Shown in pieces: positions 52,836-63,787 of a stretch of 64,000 nt of DNA; position 1 is the stretch's first letter, and the number at the start of each line of letters is the position of its first letter. The notes under the pieces were generated by a model. The model saw only the letters and a program-made list of their open reading frames with translations, did no database searches and was not told the origin of the DNA. The DNA lies in the NCBI GenBank assembly GCA_963719495.1, contig CAVRCI010000001.1:64001-128000 (forward strand), given 5' to 3'. A program made the translations under genes and the position numbers. The stretch comes from an uncultured Verrucomicrobiae bacterium. Its GTDB lineage: Bacteria; Verrucomicrobiota; Verrucomicrobiia; Chthoniobacterales; JAATET01.

Positions 52836-55082
52836 TCACCCTTCCAGTTCATCCGAAAGGGAAATCCCCACCGACGCCATCCGCATCTCCGCCAGCGACA
52901 AGTGGAACGCCAGCGTCGACTCCGCGCCCTGATTCTCGTTCACCCGGTCCGCGTGCAACCCGTCACGGCAACCGCCCGTCGAGAAATCGTAGAGCGGCAG
53001 ACCCAGATCGTTCCGCCCCAGAAACCACTCGAACGCCCGCCGCGCCTCGCGCCACCACCTCTCGTTCCCCGTCACCCGATACGCCTCCAGGCACGCCGAG
53101 ATCATGGACTGCGACTCGAGCGGCTGCTGATCGAATTGCGCCCGCTCACCGCCGCGCACGAAAAATCCATCCGACCCCACCGGCGAGAAATACCCCGCCG
53201 CCGACGTCTGCACCTCGGCCAACCACGCCAGCGAATCCAAACCAATCTCGAGCGCCCGCGCGTTCGGCGTCCACCGGCCGCTCAGGATCAACGCGTGCGA
53301 CAGCACCGCGTTGTCGTAGTAAAGCCCCTGCTCGAACCACCGCCAACCGTCGCCGGCGACCAGCTCGAACGCGGCGACCAGTTTCGCCGTCAGCGCGTCC
53401 CGCAATTCGTGAACCGGGCCGTCACCCGGATTTTTCCGCAGGTATTCGTGGATCGCCAGCAACACGAAGGCCCACGCCCGCGGCGACGGAAAATCCGCCG
53501 CTCCCGGCAGCGCCCGCTCGAACAATTCCTTCGCCAGCGCGCGAAATCCTTCGTTCTCTCCGCGCCGCCCCAGCGCCGTCCCGAGCGCCCACAGCGCCCG
53601 CGCGTCCGCCACGTCGGAGTCGCCCGGCTCGTCCAACCACCGCCGGTCGTAACTGAAAAAATTCCGAAACCGCCCCGTCTCCCAATCGAACGCCTCCCAC
53701 AAAAACGCCAGATACCGCGCCGCCCGCATCTGGATTTTCGCCACCTCCGCGCCGCTCGTTTCTTCGAGCCAATAGACGAGAATAATCGCCCGCGCGTTGT
53801 CGTCCGTCGTGTGCCCCTCCCGATACCGCGGCACCGTGTAGACGGCGTGCTGCAGGATGCCCGTGTCGTCGGTGAGCGTTGCCACGTGGGAAAGGTTCAG
53901 CGGCGGGAGCTGATACGGACGCTCGTCCGTCGTCAGCTCCGCCCGGGTCGCCGCCGCCCCGCCGAAGGTTTCGACGTAACGCTCCGCCGCCCGCGGCCAG
54001 ATCATCTCCCGCCCCAGCCGGTGCGCCGACTCCCGCGTCCGCCGCAGCAGATCGGGGTCACCAAGGTATTCGTTCACGCCCCGCGCGAGCGCATCCGCTT
54101 CGCCGAAGGGCACCAGGATCCCGCGCCCATCGGCCAGCAATTCCCGCGCGTGCCAGTAAGGCGTCGAGACCACCGCGTTCCCCGCTCCGAAGGCGTAAGC
54201 CAGAGTCCCCGAAGTGATCTGCTCTTCGTTCAAATAAGGCGTCACGTAAATGTCCGTCGCGCCCAAGAATTCGAGCAGCTGATCGAGCTCGACGAATTGA
54301 TCGTAAAAAACCACGTGGTCCGTCACGTCCCGATCCTCCACCCGCCGCTGCAGCGAAAGCCGGTAAGCCTCGCCGTCCCGCTTCCGCAGGTTCGGATGCG
54401 TGGCCCCGAGCACCACGTAGGTGACCTCCGGATGCTCGGCGATGATCGCCGGAAGCGCGTCGATCACGTGCTCGATCCCCTTGCCGGGCGAGATCAGTCC
54501 AAACGTCAAAAGCACCTTCCGACCCTCGAGACCGAATTGCGCTTTCGAATCCGCGGGATCGCTCTGCGCCACGTCGGGAATCCCGTGCGCCACGACCACG
54601 ATTTTCGCGTCGTCCACCCCGTAGACGTCCCGCAGCATTTCGCGCCCCAGCTCCGTCATCACCACCAACCGCGCCGACACCTCGACGATCTGATCCATCA
54701 CCTCGCGTTGTTCGCGATTCGGCGCGCGCAAAACCGTGTGGAGCGTCGTCACGACCGGCATCCGCACCGCGCGCAGCAACGTCAACAGATGGCTGCCCGA
54801 CTTCCCTCCGTAGATCCCGAACTCGTGCTGAACGCAGAGCAGATCGACCTTGGAAATATTCAAAAACTCCGCCGCCCGCCGATACGACTCGAGGTCCCGC
54901 TCGTCGATCTCGAACTTCACCCGCGCGGGGTAATCGTAACCCTCCGCGCGGTCGTTGACCGCGACCACCAGGCATTCGATGTCCTCGAACCGCGCCGCGA
55001 TCGCGTCGCACAGATCCGTCGTGAAGGTCGCGATGCCACACTGACGGGGGAGGTAGTCCCCTAGAAACGCAATTTTCTTCAA
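52836..55082 (-). CDS. GT4 glycosyltransferase fused to a C-terminal helical glycosidase-like domain
   Basis: YLPRQCGIATF, QHEFGIYGG, SGTLAYA, TTDDNARA, FDQQPLE, NQGAESTL. Confidence 0.9.
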   Translation of the reverse strand: MKKIAFLGDYLPRQCGIATFTTDLCDAIAARFEDIECLVVAVNDRAEGYDYPARVKFEIDERDLESYRRAAEFLNISKVDLLCVQHEFGIYGGKSGSHLLTLLRAVRMPVVTTLHTVLRAPNREQREVMDQIVEVSARLVVMTELGREMLRDVYGVDDAKIVVVAHGIPDVAQSDPADSKAQFGLEGRKVLLTFGLISPGKGIEHVIDALPAIIAEHPEVTYVVLGATHPNLRKRDGEAYRLSLQRRVEDRDVTDHVVFYDQFVELDQLLEFLGATDIYVTPYLNEEQITSGTLAYAFGAGNAVVSTPYWHARELLADGRGILVPFGEADALARGVNEYLGDPDLLRRTRESAHRLGREMIWPRAAERYVETFGGAAATRAELTTDERPYQLPPLNLSHVATLTDDTGILQHAVYTVPRYREGHTTDDNARAIILVYWLEETSGAEVAKIQMRAARYLAFLWEAFDWETGRFRNFFSYDRRWLDEPGDSDVADARALWALGTALGRRGENEGFRALAKELFERALPGAADFPSPRAWAFVLLAIHEYLRKNPGDGPVHELRDALTAKLVAAFELVAGDGWRWFEQGLYYDNAVLSHALILSGRWTPNARALEIGLDSLAWLAEVQTSAAGYFSPVGSDGFFVRGGERAQFDQQPLESQSMISACLEAYRVTGNERWWREARRAFEWFLGRNDLGLPLYDFSTGGCRDGLHADRVNENQGAESTLAFHLSLAEMRMASVGISLSDELEG

Positions 55083-55134
55083 GCGCCCATCGTATCCGGT
55101 CCCGATGGAAACCGTGCCAACAATCGGCGCCCGA

Positions 55135-58100
55135 TCAGCTGCCGCCCACGCTCACGAGCAGCTCGCTCAAATCATCCCGCAGCCCCCGCTCGTCCCCGAC
55201 ACCAAACTCATCCCCCGCCCGCAGTCGCACGTGCTTACTCCCCGCGACGAACTCGAGCACGACCGGCCGCTTGCCCGGGAACTTCCGGATCGAATCGCCG
55301 ATCCGATCCAGATCGCCTTCGCTCACCTTGGCGCGCTCGAACCGCAGCTCCACCGGCTTCCGCGAAGCCCGCGCCTTGAGCGCCACGAACGAATTCGCGT
55401 TCGCGCGAATCTCCTCGTCGCGACGCGACACCCGCACCGACACGCCCACCGCCGACCCCGGCACGAGCAGCGCCGCGTTTTCACCCGACGCCGCCTCGTC
55501 CCACGCGATCATTTCGAGCGATCCCGTGAAATCCTCCACCACCAGCACCGCAAAGGGTTTGTTGTCCTTCCGCGTAAACTTCCGCTCCACCGACACGATC
55601 ATCCCCGCGACCTTCATCGACGTCGGCTCCTCGGTCTTGAGCGCGTCCGCGATCGACGTGTACTTCGCGCTGTCGAAGACGCCCGCGTAGCTGTCGAGCG
55701 GGTGACCCGTGACGTAGAATCCCAGCAGCTCCTTCTCGTAACCGAGCGTCTCGAGCACCGACCAAGGCTCGATCTCCCGCCCCGAGTGCCGGGTCATCGG
55801 CTCGGGCTCGATGTCCAGCGAGTCGAAGAGCGAAACCTGCCCGCTCGCCCGATCCTTCTGCACCGCCGCCGCGCCCGCCATCGCGTCCTCGATCTGCGAA
55901 AACACCTTCGCGCGATTCGGCTCGAACGAATCGAACGCCCCGCACTTCGAAAGCGATTCAACGATCTTCTTGTTCACCGTCCGCGAATCCAGCCGCGCGC
56001 AGAAATCCTCGATCGATTTGAAAGCACCGTTCTCTTTCCGATCCGCAATCGCGTTCTCCATCGCGCCCGCGCCGACGTTCTTGATCGCCGCCAGTCCGAA
56101 CCGGACTTCCGCCCCCGCCTTTCTCCGCACGGGCGCGAATTTGAGCTGACTCTCGTTCACGTCCGGCGGCAGGATCGCGATCTGCATCCGCTGACACTCC
56201 GCGATCAGCGTCGCGATCTTGTCCGTGTTGTCCGAGTCGTTGCTCATCAACCCGCACATGAACTCCACCGGATAATGCGCCTTCAGATACGCGGTCTGGT
56301 AGCTGATCAATCCGTAGGCCGCCGAGTGAGATTTGTTGAACCCGTATTCCGCGAATTTCTCCAGCAATCCGAAGATCGCGTTCGCGACCTTCTCCGGAAT
56401 CTGATTCACCCGCAGACACCCGTCGACGAACGTCACGCGCTCCGCCGCCATCTTCTTCGCGTCCTTCTTCCCCATCGCCCGGCGTAGCAGATCCGCCTGA
56501 CCCAGCGAGTAACCCGCGAGGACGTTCGCCGCCCGCTGCACCTGCTCCTGGTAGATCATGATGCCAAACGTGTCGCCCGCCACCTGCTCCAGCAGCGGGT
56601 GCGCGTATTCGACCTTTTTGAGCCCCTTCTTCCGCTCGATGTAATCGGGGATGAACTGCATCGGACCCGGCCGATACAGCGCCAGGATCGCGATGATGTC
56701 GTCGATGCTGCCGACGTCGAAGCGTTTGCAGCAATTCGTGATCCCTCCACCTTCCAACTGAAACACCCCGACCGTCTCGCCCCGGTTCAGCAAATCGAAC
56801 GACGCCTGGTCGTCCATCGGGATTTTCCCCAGATCGAAATCCGGCGCGACCTCGTGGATCAACGCGATGGCGTCGTGCATCACCGTGAGCGTCTTCAGCC
56901 CCAGAAAATCCATCTTGAGCATCCCGAGATCGGTCAGCGGCGACATCGAAAATTGCGTCACCACCTCGTTCTCCTTGCCGCGGCACAGCGGAATGTATTC
57001 GTCCAGCGGCCGGTCCCCGATCACGACGCCCGCCGCGTGAATCCCGGTGTTGCGGCTCAGCCCCTCGAGCGTCGTCGCGTAGTCCCAGAGCTGCTTCGTC
57101 GCCGGCTCGGTGTCGATGGCGGCCTTCAGCTCCGGGTTCATCTCCTCCGCTTTCGCCAGCGTCATCCCGAGATCGAGCGGCACCATCTTCGCCAGTCGAT
57201 CCCCATCGCCGTAGCTCATCCCCATCACCCGCGCGACGTCCCGCACCACACTCTTCGCCCCCAGCGTGCCGAACGTCACGATCTGCGACACCGCCCGCTC
57301 GCCGTATTTCTGCCGCACGTATTCGATCACCTCGCCCCGCCGTGTCATGCAGAAATCGATGTCGATGTCGGGCGGACTGATCCGCTCCGGATTGAGAAAT
57401 CGTTCAAAAATCAGCCCGTAACGCAGCGGATCCAGATCGGTGATCCGCAGCACGTAAGCGATCAGCGACCCCGCCGCCGAACCGCGCCCCGGCCCGACCG
57501 GAATCCCGCGTTCCCGCGCGTAATTGATGAAATCCCAGACGATGAGAAAATAGCTCACGAACCCGGTCTTCTCGATGATCCCCAACTCGTATTCGAGGCG
57601 CTCGAGCAACGTCGCATCGTCCTCCGCCCGCTCGCCGTAACGCGCCCGCAATCCCGCGAAGCACAGCTCGCGCAGATACCCGCTCCGGTCCTTCCCCGGT
57701 GGCGGCTCGTAGGCCGGATACTTCGTCGACTTGAAATCGAACTCGATCCCGCACCGCTCCGCGATCCGCACCGTGTTCGAGATCGCCTCCGGGTGATCCG
57801 GGAACAGCGCCGCCATTTCGTCGCCGTTTTTGAAATACAACTCCGGCACGTAGCGCACCCGCTTCTCGTCGTGCACCATCGACCCCGTCCCGATGCAGAT
57901 CATCACGTCGTGCGCCTCGTGGTGCGAGCGGTCGAGGAAATGCACGTCGTTCGCCGCCACCAGGCCTAGCCCCAGGTCCCGCGAAATGTCCAGCAGCCCC
58001 GCCCGCGTCTCCCGCTGCGCGTCGATCCCGTGGTCGTGCAGCTCGATGAAGAAATTCTCCTTCCCGAAAATGTCCCGATACGTCGCAGCCGTCTCCAACG

Positions 58101-58572
58101 CCCGATCCGGCTGACCCGCCAACAGTTGCGAATTCACCTCCCCCTTCAGACACCCGCTCAGCGCAATGATCCCCTCCGAGTGCTTCGCCATGAGGTCGTG
58201 GTCGACGCGCGGCTTGTAATAGAACCCCTCGAGGTGCGCCAGGCTCACCAGCTTCACCAGATTCCGATACCCCGCGTCGTTCTCAGCCAGCAGCGTGAAG
58301 TGATGGGCCGCCTCCTTCCCCGACGACGCCTTCTTCTCGTGCATCGACCCCGGCGCGACGTAGACCTCGCAACCGATGATCGGTTTCACCCCCGCCTTCA
58401 GCCCCTGCTGATAAAAATCCACCGCCCCGAAGAGGTTGCCGTGATCCGTCATCGCCACGGCCGGCATCCCGTATTCCACCGCCCGTTTCATCAGGTCGGG
58501 GATCCGCACCGCCCCGTCGAGCATCGAGTATTGGGTGTGCAGATGAAGGTGAACGAAGGGCGCGTAACTCAC
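55135..58572 (-). CDS. dnaE: DNA polymerase III alpha subunit
   Basis: HLHLHTQYSMLDG PHP domain, GRGSAAGS, PPDIDIDF, KMDFLGL, YGFNKSHSAAY. Confidence 0.98.
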   Translation of the reverse strand: MSYAPFVHLHLHTQYSMLDGAVRIPDLMKRAVEYGMPAVAMTDHGNLFGAVDFYQQGLKAGVKPIIGCEVYVAPGSMHEKKASSGKEAAHHFTLLAENDAGYRNLVKLVSLAHLEGFYYKPRVDHDLMAKHSEGIIALSGCLKGEVNSQLLAGQPDRALETAATYRDIFGKENFFIELHDHGIDAQRETRAGLLDISRDLGLGLVAANDVHFLDRSHHEAHDVMICIGTGSMVHDEKRVRYVPELYFKNGDEMAALFPDHPEAISNTVRIAERCGIEFDFKSTKYPAYEPPPGKDRSGYLRELCFAGLRARYGERAEDDATLLERLEYELGIIEKTGFVSYFLIVWDFINYARERGIPVGPGRGSAAGSLIAYVLRITDLDPLRYGLIFERFLNPERISPPDIDIDFCMTRRGEVIEYVRQKYGERAVSQIVTFGTLGAKSVVRDVARVMGMSYGDGDRLAKMVPLDLGMTLAKAEEMNPELKAAIDTEPATKQLWDYATTLEGLSRNTGIHAAGVVIGDRPLDEYIPLCRGKENEVVTQFSMSPLTDLGMLKMDFLGLKTLTVMHDAIALIHEVAPDFDLGKIPMDDQASFDLLNRGETVGVFQLEGGGITNCCKRFDVGSIDDIIAILALYRPGPMQFIPDYIERKKGLKKVEYAHPLLEQVAGDTFGIMIYQEQVQRAANVLAGYSLGQADLLRRAMGKKDAKKMAAERVTFVDGCLRVNQIPEKVANAIFGLLEKFAEYGFNKSHSAAYGLISYQTAYLKAHYPVEFMCGLMSNDSDNTDKIATLIAECQRMQIAILPPDVNESQLKFAPVRRKAGAEVRFGLAAIKNVGAGAMENAIADRKENGAFKSIEDFCARLDSRTVNKKIVESLSKCGAFDSFEPNRAKVFSQIEDAMAGAAAVQKDRASGQVSLFDSLDIEPEPMTRHSGREIEPWSVLETLGYEKELLGFYVTGHPLDSYAGVFDSAKYTSIADALKTEEPTSMKVAGMIVSVERKFTRKDNKPFAVLVVEDFTGSLEMIAWDEAASGENAALLVPGSAVGVSVRVSRRDEEIRANANSFVALKARASRKPVELRFERAKVSEGDLDRIGDSIRKFPGKRPVVLEFVAGSKHVRLRAGDEFGVGDERGLRDDLSELLVSVGGS

Positions 58573-58660
58573 GCGTCCACCCTACCCAACCCCCACCCAA
58601 TACCCGAAAACTTAAATCCGAAAAATCACCCCCCAGCCCGCCGCCCAACCAAAAATCCCG

Positions 58661-58700
58661 CTACCGATGAAACGTAACGGCCGTTACGTTTCATCGGTAG
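58661..58700. repeat. perfect 40-bp spacerless palindrome
   Basis: CTACCGATGAAACGTAACGG|CCGTTACGTTTCATCGGTAG. Confidence 0.95.
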
Positions 58701-58752
58701 ACGCGAAATTGCCGTTGCGGATTTCCGATCCCCCGCGCCCTTCGATTGAGCG

Positions 58753-59565
58753 TTATGTCGTTCGCCGACACACGAGAATTACCTCGTCCACCCCGTCCCC
58801 CACCACGAACCCCGGCTCGAAAACCAGCCGCCGCTGAAACCACAGCCCCAGCGGCCCGATCCACCGCGCGTATTCCCGCGCCGCCTCCCGCGGATGGTGC
58901 CGCAGAAACCGCACCCCCAGCTCCAGCAACCACGTCGACCGCGGAGCCATTCCGTAGACAGCGCCCCGTTCGATCCCGAACCCCGCCGCCGCCAGTTTGC
59001 CCTCCAGCTCCGCCGGCTCGTAACGCCGCCGGTGCCCCACGAAATCATCGAAGTCCGTCCACCCGCTCTGGAAAAGTGGCACCGCCAGCAGGAGAACCCC
59101 ACCGGGCCGCACGACCCGCGCCAGCTCCGCCAAAGCGCCCACGTCGTCCTCGACGTGCTCGACCACGTCCAACGCCGCCGCCAGATCGAACGGTCCATCG
59201 ACCGGCAATTCCGCCAGCAACCCGACCCGGGCATCCGCGCCCGCCGCCCGCAGTTTGCCCACCGCCACGTCGCTCAAATCCACGAAGACCCCGCCCGCCA
59301 GCGGCAACCGCGGATTCAGACCGCACCCGACCTCGAGCCGCCGCGCCCCGAGGGCCAGCAACTCACTCACCAGCGGCCACGTATTGAATTTTTCCGGACT
59401 CGTCACCTCGGCAGCCCCCCACAGCAGTTGGTAAAAATCCCGGTTCGTCGCGGTCAGATCCAACGTCACCGCGGCACCGTCCCGCCGCACGAACCCACTG
59501 AACCACCACGAAATCCGCCAAGCGGCAAAAGCCAACACCGCAGCCACCATCAAACGCCAGATCAT
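58753..59565 (-). CDS. class I SAM-dependent methyltransferase (start uncertain)
   Basis: LEVGCG, FDL...DVVEHVEDD...ARVVRPGG, GHRRRY. Confidence 0.85.
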   Translation of the reverse strand: MIWRLMVAAVLAFAAWRISWWFSGFVRRDGAAVTLDLTATNRDFYQLLWGAAEVTSPEKFNTWPLVSELLALGARRLEVGCGLNPRLPLAGGVFVDLSDVAVGKLRAAGADARVGLLAELPVDGPFDLAAALDVVEHVEDDVGALAELARVVRPGGVLLLAVPLFQSGWTDFDDFVGHRRRYEPAELEGKLAAAGFGIERGAVYGMAPRSTWLLELGVRFLRHHPREAAREYARWIGPLGLWFQRRLVFEPGFVVGDGVDEVILVCRRTT

Positions 59566-59627
59566 CGAAGCCCGCGACTCTCTCCCGAACCCGCCCACCT
59601 GAAAACCCAAAACTCCCTGAGACCCCT

Positions 59628-59662
59628 CGGAGGGCGAGGCTCCCGCCGAGCCACTTCGGCAC
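59628..59662 (+). repeat. GGAG-type REP-like element
   Basis: GGAGGGCGAGGCTCCCGCCGAGCC. Confidence 0.55.
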
Positions 59663-59719
59663 CACAACCCAGCGAACCACCAGAAACCGCCGCACCGGCA
59701 CAAAAACCACCGAGCCACC

Positions 59720-59760
59720 AAAGAAAAACGAAGGCCCCGCGCTCACGCGAAGGGCCTCCG
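59720..59760 (-). terminator. probable intrinsic terminator of rnpB
   Basis: AGGCCC...GGGCCT stem followed on the minus strand by TTTTTCTTT. Confidence 0.6.
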
Positions 59761-59767
59761 AAAATTC

Positions 59768-60152
<385 letters not shown>

Positions 60153-60207
60153 GGAAAAAATCTAATCATCACCCCCAAAGCAGTCACCCCATTTCTCATT
60201 CCCCGTT

Positions 60208-63200
60208 TCAAATCTCCGCCACTCGAATCGTTTCACCCCTCGCTCGAGCCAGATAATAGACGACCGGGTAGATCAAGAGCTCCAGCAGGAAGCTAGTCCC
60301 CAGCCCGCCGATCATCGGCACCGCAAGACGCCGCATGGTGTCGGCCCCCGCCCCGTCCGCCCACAGCAGCGGCAGCAACCCTACGAAGGTCGAGGCCACC
60401 GTCATCGTCTTCGGTCGGATTCGCTTCACCGCCCCGTCGTGCACCGCGGTCCACAAATCCTCCCGTGAGTTCAGCCGCCCCTCGGCCTTGAAGCGCTCGT
60501 AGCTCGTGTCGAGATACAACAACATCACCGCCCCCGTCTCCGCGTCCAGCCCCGCCAATGCGATGAGACCAACCCACACCGCCAGCGACATCTCGTAGTC
60601 CATCCACCACAGGAACCAAATCGCCCCCACCAGCGAAAACGGCACCGCCAGCAGGATGATCGCGACCCTGAGCCAACTCCGCGTCGACAAATAAAGCAGC
60701 AACACGATCCCGACCAACGCGAGCGGGATCGCGATCTTCAACCGCGCCGCCGCCGCCTGCATGTATTCGTATTGCCCCGACCACTTCACGGTCACCCCCG
60801 GCGGCAGCGGCACCTCGCGTGCCACCACCTCCTTCGCCCGGTCGACGTAGGTCCCGACGTCGATCTCCGCGATGTCGACGTAGACCCAGCTCGTCAGCCG
60901 CGCGTTCTCGCTCTTCACCATCGGCGGCCCCTTGCTGATCGCGATGTCCGCCAATTGTGCCAACGGCACCTGCGCGCCGCTCGGCGTCGCCACCAGCGTC
61001 TGCCGCACCGATTCGATCGTGTCCCGCAGCTCACTCGGATAACGCACGTTCACCGGATACCGCTCCAGCCCCTCGACCGTCGACGTCACCGTCATCCCGC
61101 CGAGCGCCGTCATGATCACGTCCTGCACGTCACCGACGACCAGGCCGTAGCGCGCGATCGCGTCGCGGTTCACCTCCACGTCGAAGTAATTCCCGCCCAC
61201 GCTTTTCTCCGGAAACGCACTCGTCGTGTTCGCGCTCGTGGCCGCGTCCGACTTCAACGCGTGCGCCGCCTCCTGCGCCAACCCAGCCAGCACCTCGAGG
61301 TCTGGTCCCATGAACTTGATCCCGACCGGCGTCCGGATCCCGGTGGATAGCATGTCGATCCGCGTCCGGATCGGCATCGTCCACGCGTTCGTCAGGCCCG
61401 GAAATTGCAATGCGTCGTTCATCCCCGGCACCCGCAACGTCCCGCCCCGCCCGTCCGGAATCTCGTAGCCGTAAATGATTTCGTCCATCGTGATCGCCCG
61501 CGTCGAGGCGAAGACCCGCTCCGGCAACCACCGCGCCCAACCCGGCCACCCGTCGAAAAACCGCGACACGCGAACCGCTCGCCACTTCGATTTGTCACGG
61601 TGCAACGTGAGCGTCGTCTCGAGCATCGACATCGGTGCCGGGTCGGTCGCCGTCTCCGCCCGCCCGATTTTTCCGAACACCGACTTCACCTCGGGAAATT
61701 GCGCCAGGATCTTGTCCGTCTGCTGCAAGACTTCCCGCGCTTTCGTCGGTCCGATCCCCGGATCCGTCGTCGGCATGTAAAGCAGATCGCCCTCCTCCAA
61801 CGGCGGCATGAACTCGCGCCCCAGCTGCGTGAACGGCCACCAGGTCGCCGCCAGCACCAGCACCGCGACCAGCAAAGTCAGCCCCTTGAATCGCATCACC
61901 AGCGCAAACGCCGGGTTGTAGATCGCCTCCAGCACCCGGCTGATCGGATTCCGCTCCTCGTCCGGAATCCGCTGCGGCAGCAGCACCAACGCGGCCAGCA
62001 CGACCCACGCCGCCGCCCACCACCATGAAAAATAAATCCCCAGCCCCACCGCTGGCACCAGCATCAAGCCCGCGTAAGTCCCCCACCGCCGACGCCGACC
62101 CCAAGCCTCCGGCAAGGTCCGCTCCGTCACGAAAAACGTCATGAGCACCGGGATCACCGTCACGGCGAGAATCGCGCCCGACGCCATCGCGAACGTCTTC
62201 GTGAAAGCCAGCGGCTTGAACAACCGCCCCGACTGCTCGCCCAGCACGAAGATCGGCAAAAAACTCACCACGATGATCAACAGCGCGAAAAAAAGGCTCG
62301 GCCCCACCTCCTTCGCGGCGTCCCCGATGATCTCGATCCTCGGACGCGGCGCCGCGCCCTCCGCCACGCGCCGCCGCTCGATCTCGAGGAACTTGTGCGC
62401 GTTCTCGACCATGATGATCGAGCTATCGACCATCACGCCGATCGAGATCGCGATCCCGCCCAGCGACATGATGTTCGCGTTGATCCCCGCGAGATGCATG
62501 ACCGTCAACGTTGCCAACACGCCCGCCGGCAGCACGAACGCCGCCACCAAAGCACTCCGCGCGTGCAGCAGAAATAGAATGCACACGATCGCCACGACCA
62601 CGACTTCCTCGGTGAGCGTCTTCGTCAACGTCCCCACCGCCCGCTCGATCAAATCCGAACGGTCGTAAGCGATCTCGATCCTGACACCTTCCGGCAGACC
62701 CTTCTCGAGCTCCGCCAGCCGCGCTTTCACCCGGTCGATCGTCGCCTTCGCGTTCTCGCCGAACCGCATGATCACGATCCCACCCACGACCTCGCCCTCC
62801 CCATTCCACTCGGCGATCCCCCGCCGGATATCCGGCCCGATCCGCACCTCCGCCACGTCCGCCAACCGGATCGGCGTCCCGCTGTCGTTCACTCCCAGCG
62901 CGATTCCGGACAGATCCTCGAGCACCTGCGCCGACCGCGCGTCGTCCGGCCCCGAAGACCCGAGGTAACCCAGTCCGCGCACCATGTATTCCGTCTCGCT
63001 CTGCTCGATCAACCGCCCGCCGACGTCCGCGTTGGAGCGCGAGATCGCCGTCCGCACCTTCGACAGCGGAATGTCGTAGGCCCGCAGCTTCACTGGATCG
63101 ACCACCACCTGATACTGCTTCACGAACCCACCCACCGGCGCGACCTCGCTCACCCCGTCGACAGCCGTCAGCTCGTAGCGCAGATACCAGTCCTGCAGGC

Positions 63201-63675
63201 TCCGCAGCCCCGCCAAATCGACGTCCGCCCCCGGCTCAGCGGTGAGGACGTATTGAAAGATCCACCCGACCCCCGTCGCGTCCGGCCCGAGTTGCGGCGC
63301 CACGCCCGTCGGCAGCCGGTTGGTCACCGAGTTCAACTGCTCCAGCACCCGGCTCCGAGCCCAATAAAGATCCGTCCCGTCCTCGAAAATGACGTAGACG
63401 AAGCTCGTCCCAAACATCGAATAGCCCCGCACCACCTTTGCGTAAGGCACCGCCAGCATCGCCGTGGTCAGCGGATACGTCACCTGATCCTCCACGATCC
63501 GCGGCGCCTGTCCGGCGTATTCGGTCCGAATGACCACCTGCACGTCCGAGAGATCCGGAATCGCGTCGACGGTGATGTTGCGAGCCGAATAAACGCCCCC
63601 GACCACGAGAAACGCCCCCAGCAGCAGAACCATCACCCGATTCCGCACGCACCAATCGATGAGCCCGGCGATCAT
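60208..63675 (-). CDS. cusA: CusA/CzcA family heavy-metal RND efflux permease
   Basis: DAIPDLSDVQV, GPDATGVGW, ANIMSLGGIAI, GRAETATDPAP, RIRPKTMT. Confidence 0.95.
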   Translation of the reverse strand: MIAGLIDWCVRNRVMVLLLGAFLVVGGVYSARNITVDAIPDLSDVQVVIRTEYAGQAPRIVEDQVTYPLTTAMLAVPYAKVVRGYSMFGTSFVYVIFEDGTDLYWARSRVLEQLNSVTNRLPTGVAPQLGPDATGVGWIFQYVLTAEPGADVDLAGLRSLQDWYLRYELTAVDGVSEVAPVGGFVKQYQVVVDPVKLRAYDIPLSKVRTAISRSNADVGGRLIEQSETEYMVRGLGYLGSSGPDDARSAQVLEDLSGIALGVNDSGTPIRLADVAEVRIGPDIRRGIAEWNGEGEVVGGIVIMRFGENAKATIDRVKARLAELEKGLPEGVRIEIAYDRSDLIERAVGTLTKTLTEEVVVVAIVCILFLLHARSALVAAFVLPAGVLATLTVMHLAGINANIMSLGGIAISIGVMVDSSIIMVENAHKFLEIERRRVAEGAAPRPRIEIIGDAAKEVGPSLFFALLIIVVSFLPIFVLGEQSGRLFKPLAFTKTFAMASGAILAVTVIPVLMTFFVTERTLPEAWGRRRRWGTYAGLMLVPAVGLGIYFSWWWAAAWVVLAALVLLPQRIPDEERNPISRVLEAIYNPAFALVMRFKGLTLLVAVLVLAATWWPFTQLGREFMPPLEEGDLLYMPTTDPGIGPTKAREVLQQTDKILAQFPEVKSVFGKIGRAETATDPAPMSMLETTLTLHRDKSKWRAVRVSRFFDGWPGWARWLPERVFASTRAITMDEIIYGYEIPDGRGGTLRVPGMNDALQFPGLTNAWTMPIRTRIDMLSTGIRTPVGIKFMGPDLEVLAGLAQEAAHALKSDAATSANTTSAFPEKSVGGNYFDVEVNRDAIARYGLVVGDVQDVIMTALGGMTVTSTVEGLERYPVNVRYPSELRDTIESVRQTLVATPSGAQVPLAQLADIAISKGPPMVKSENARLTSWVYVDIAEIDVGTYVDRAKEVVAREVPLPPGVTVKWSGQYEYMQAAAARLKIAIPLALVGIVLLLYLSTRSWLRVAIILLAVPFSLVGAIWFLWWMDYEMSLAVWVGLIALAGLDAETGAVMLLYLDTSYERFKAEGRLNSREDLWTAVHDGAVKRIRPKTMTVASTFVGLLPLLWADGAGADTMRRLAVPMIGGLGTSFLLELLIYPVVYYLARARGETIRVAEI

Positions 63676-63680
63676 AATTC

Positions 63681-63787
63681 AAGGAGCGGCTGCTTCCAGC
63701 CGCCGATGTTCGGCAAAGCGAAGCGAGCCGCACCCTCAAGGAGCGGCGATTTGCAATCGCCGACCCAACCCAATTGAGCGAAGCGAA
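63681..63787 (+). repeat. REP-like element family B between cusB and cusA
   Basis: GGAGCGGCTGCTTCCAGCCGCCG and CAAGGAGCGGCGATTTGCAATCGCCG. Confidence 0.85.

Noticed and set aside
51876..55064. 1062-aa + strand ORF and many other long Arg/Pro-rich ORFs
   Set aside because: Shadow frames of well-supported opposite-strand genes in high-GC DNA; no recognisable motifs.
55135..58572. Intein or split dnaE
   Set aside because: Length and motif spacing are those of an ordinary uninterrupted DnaE; no intein boundary motifs seen.
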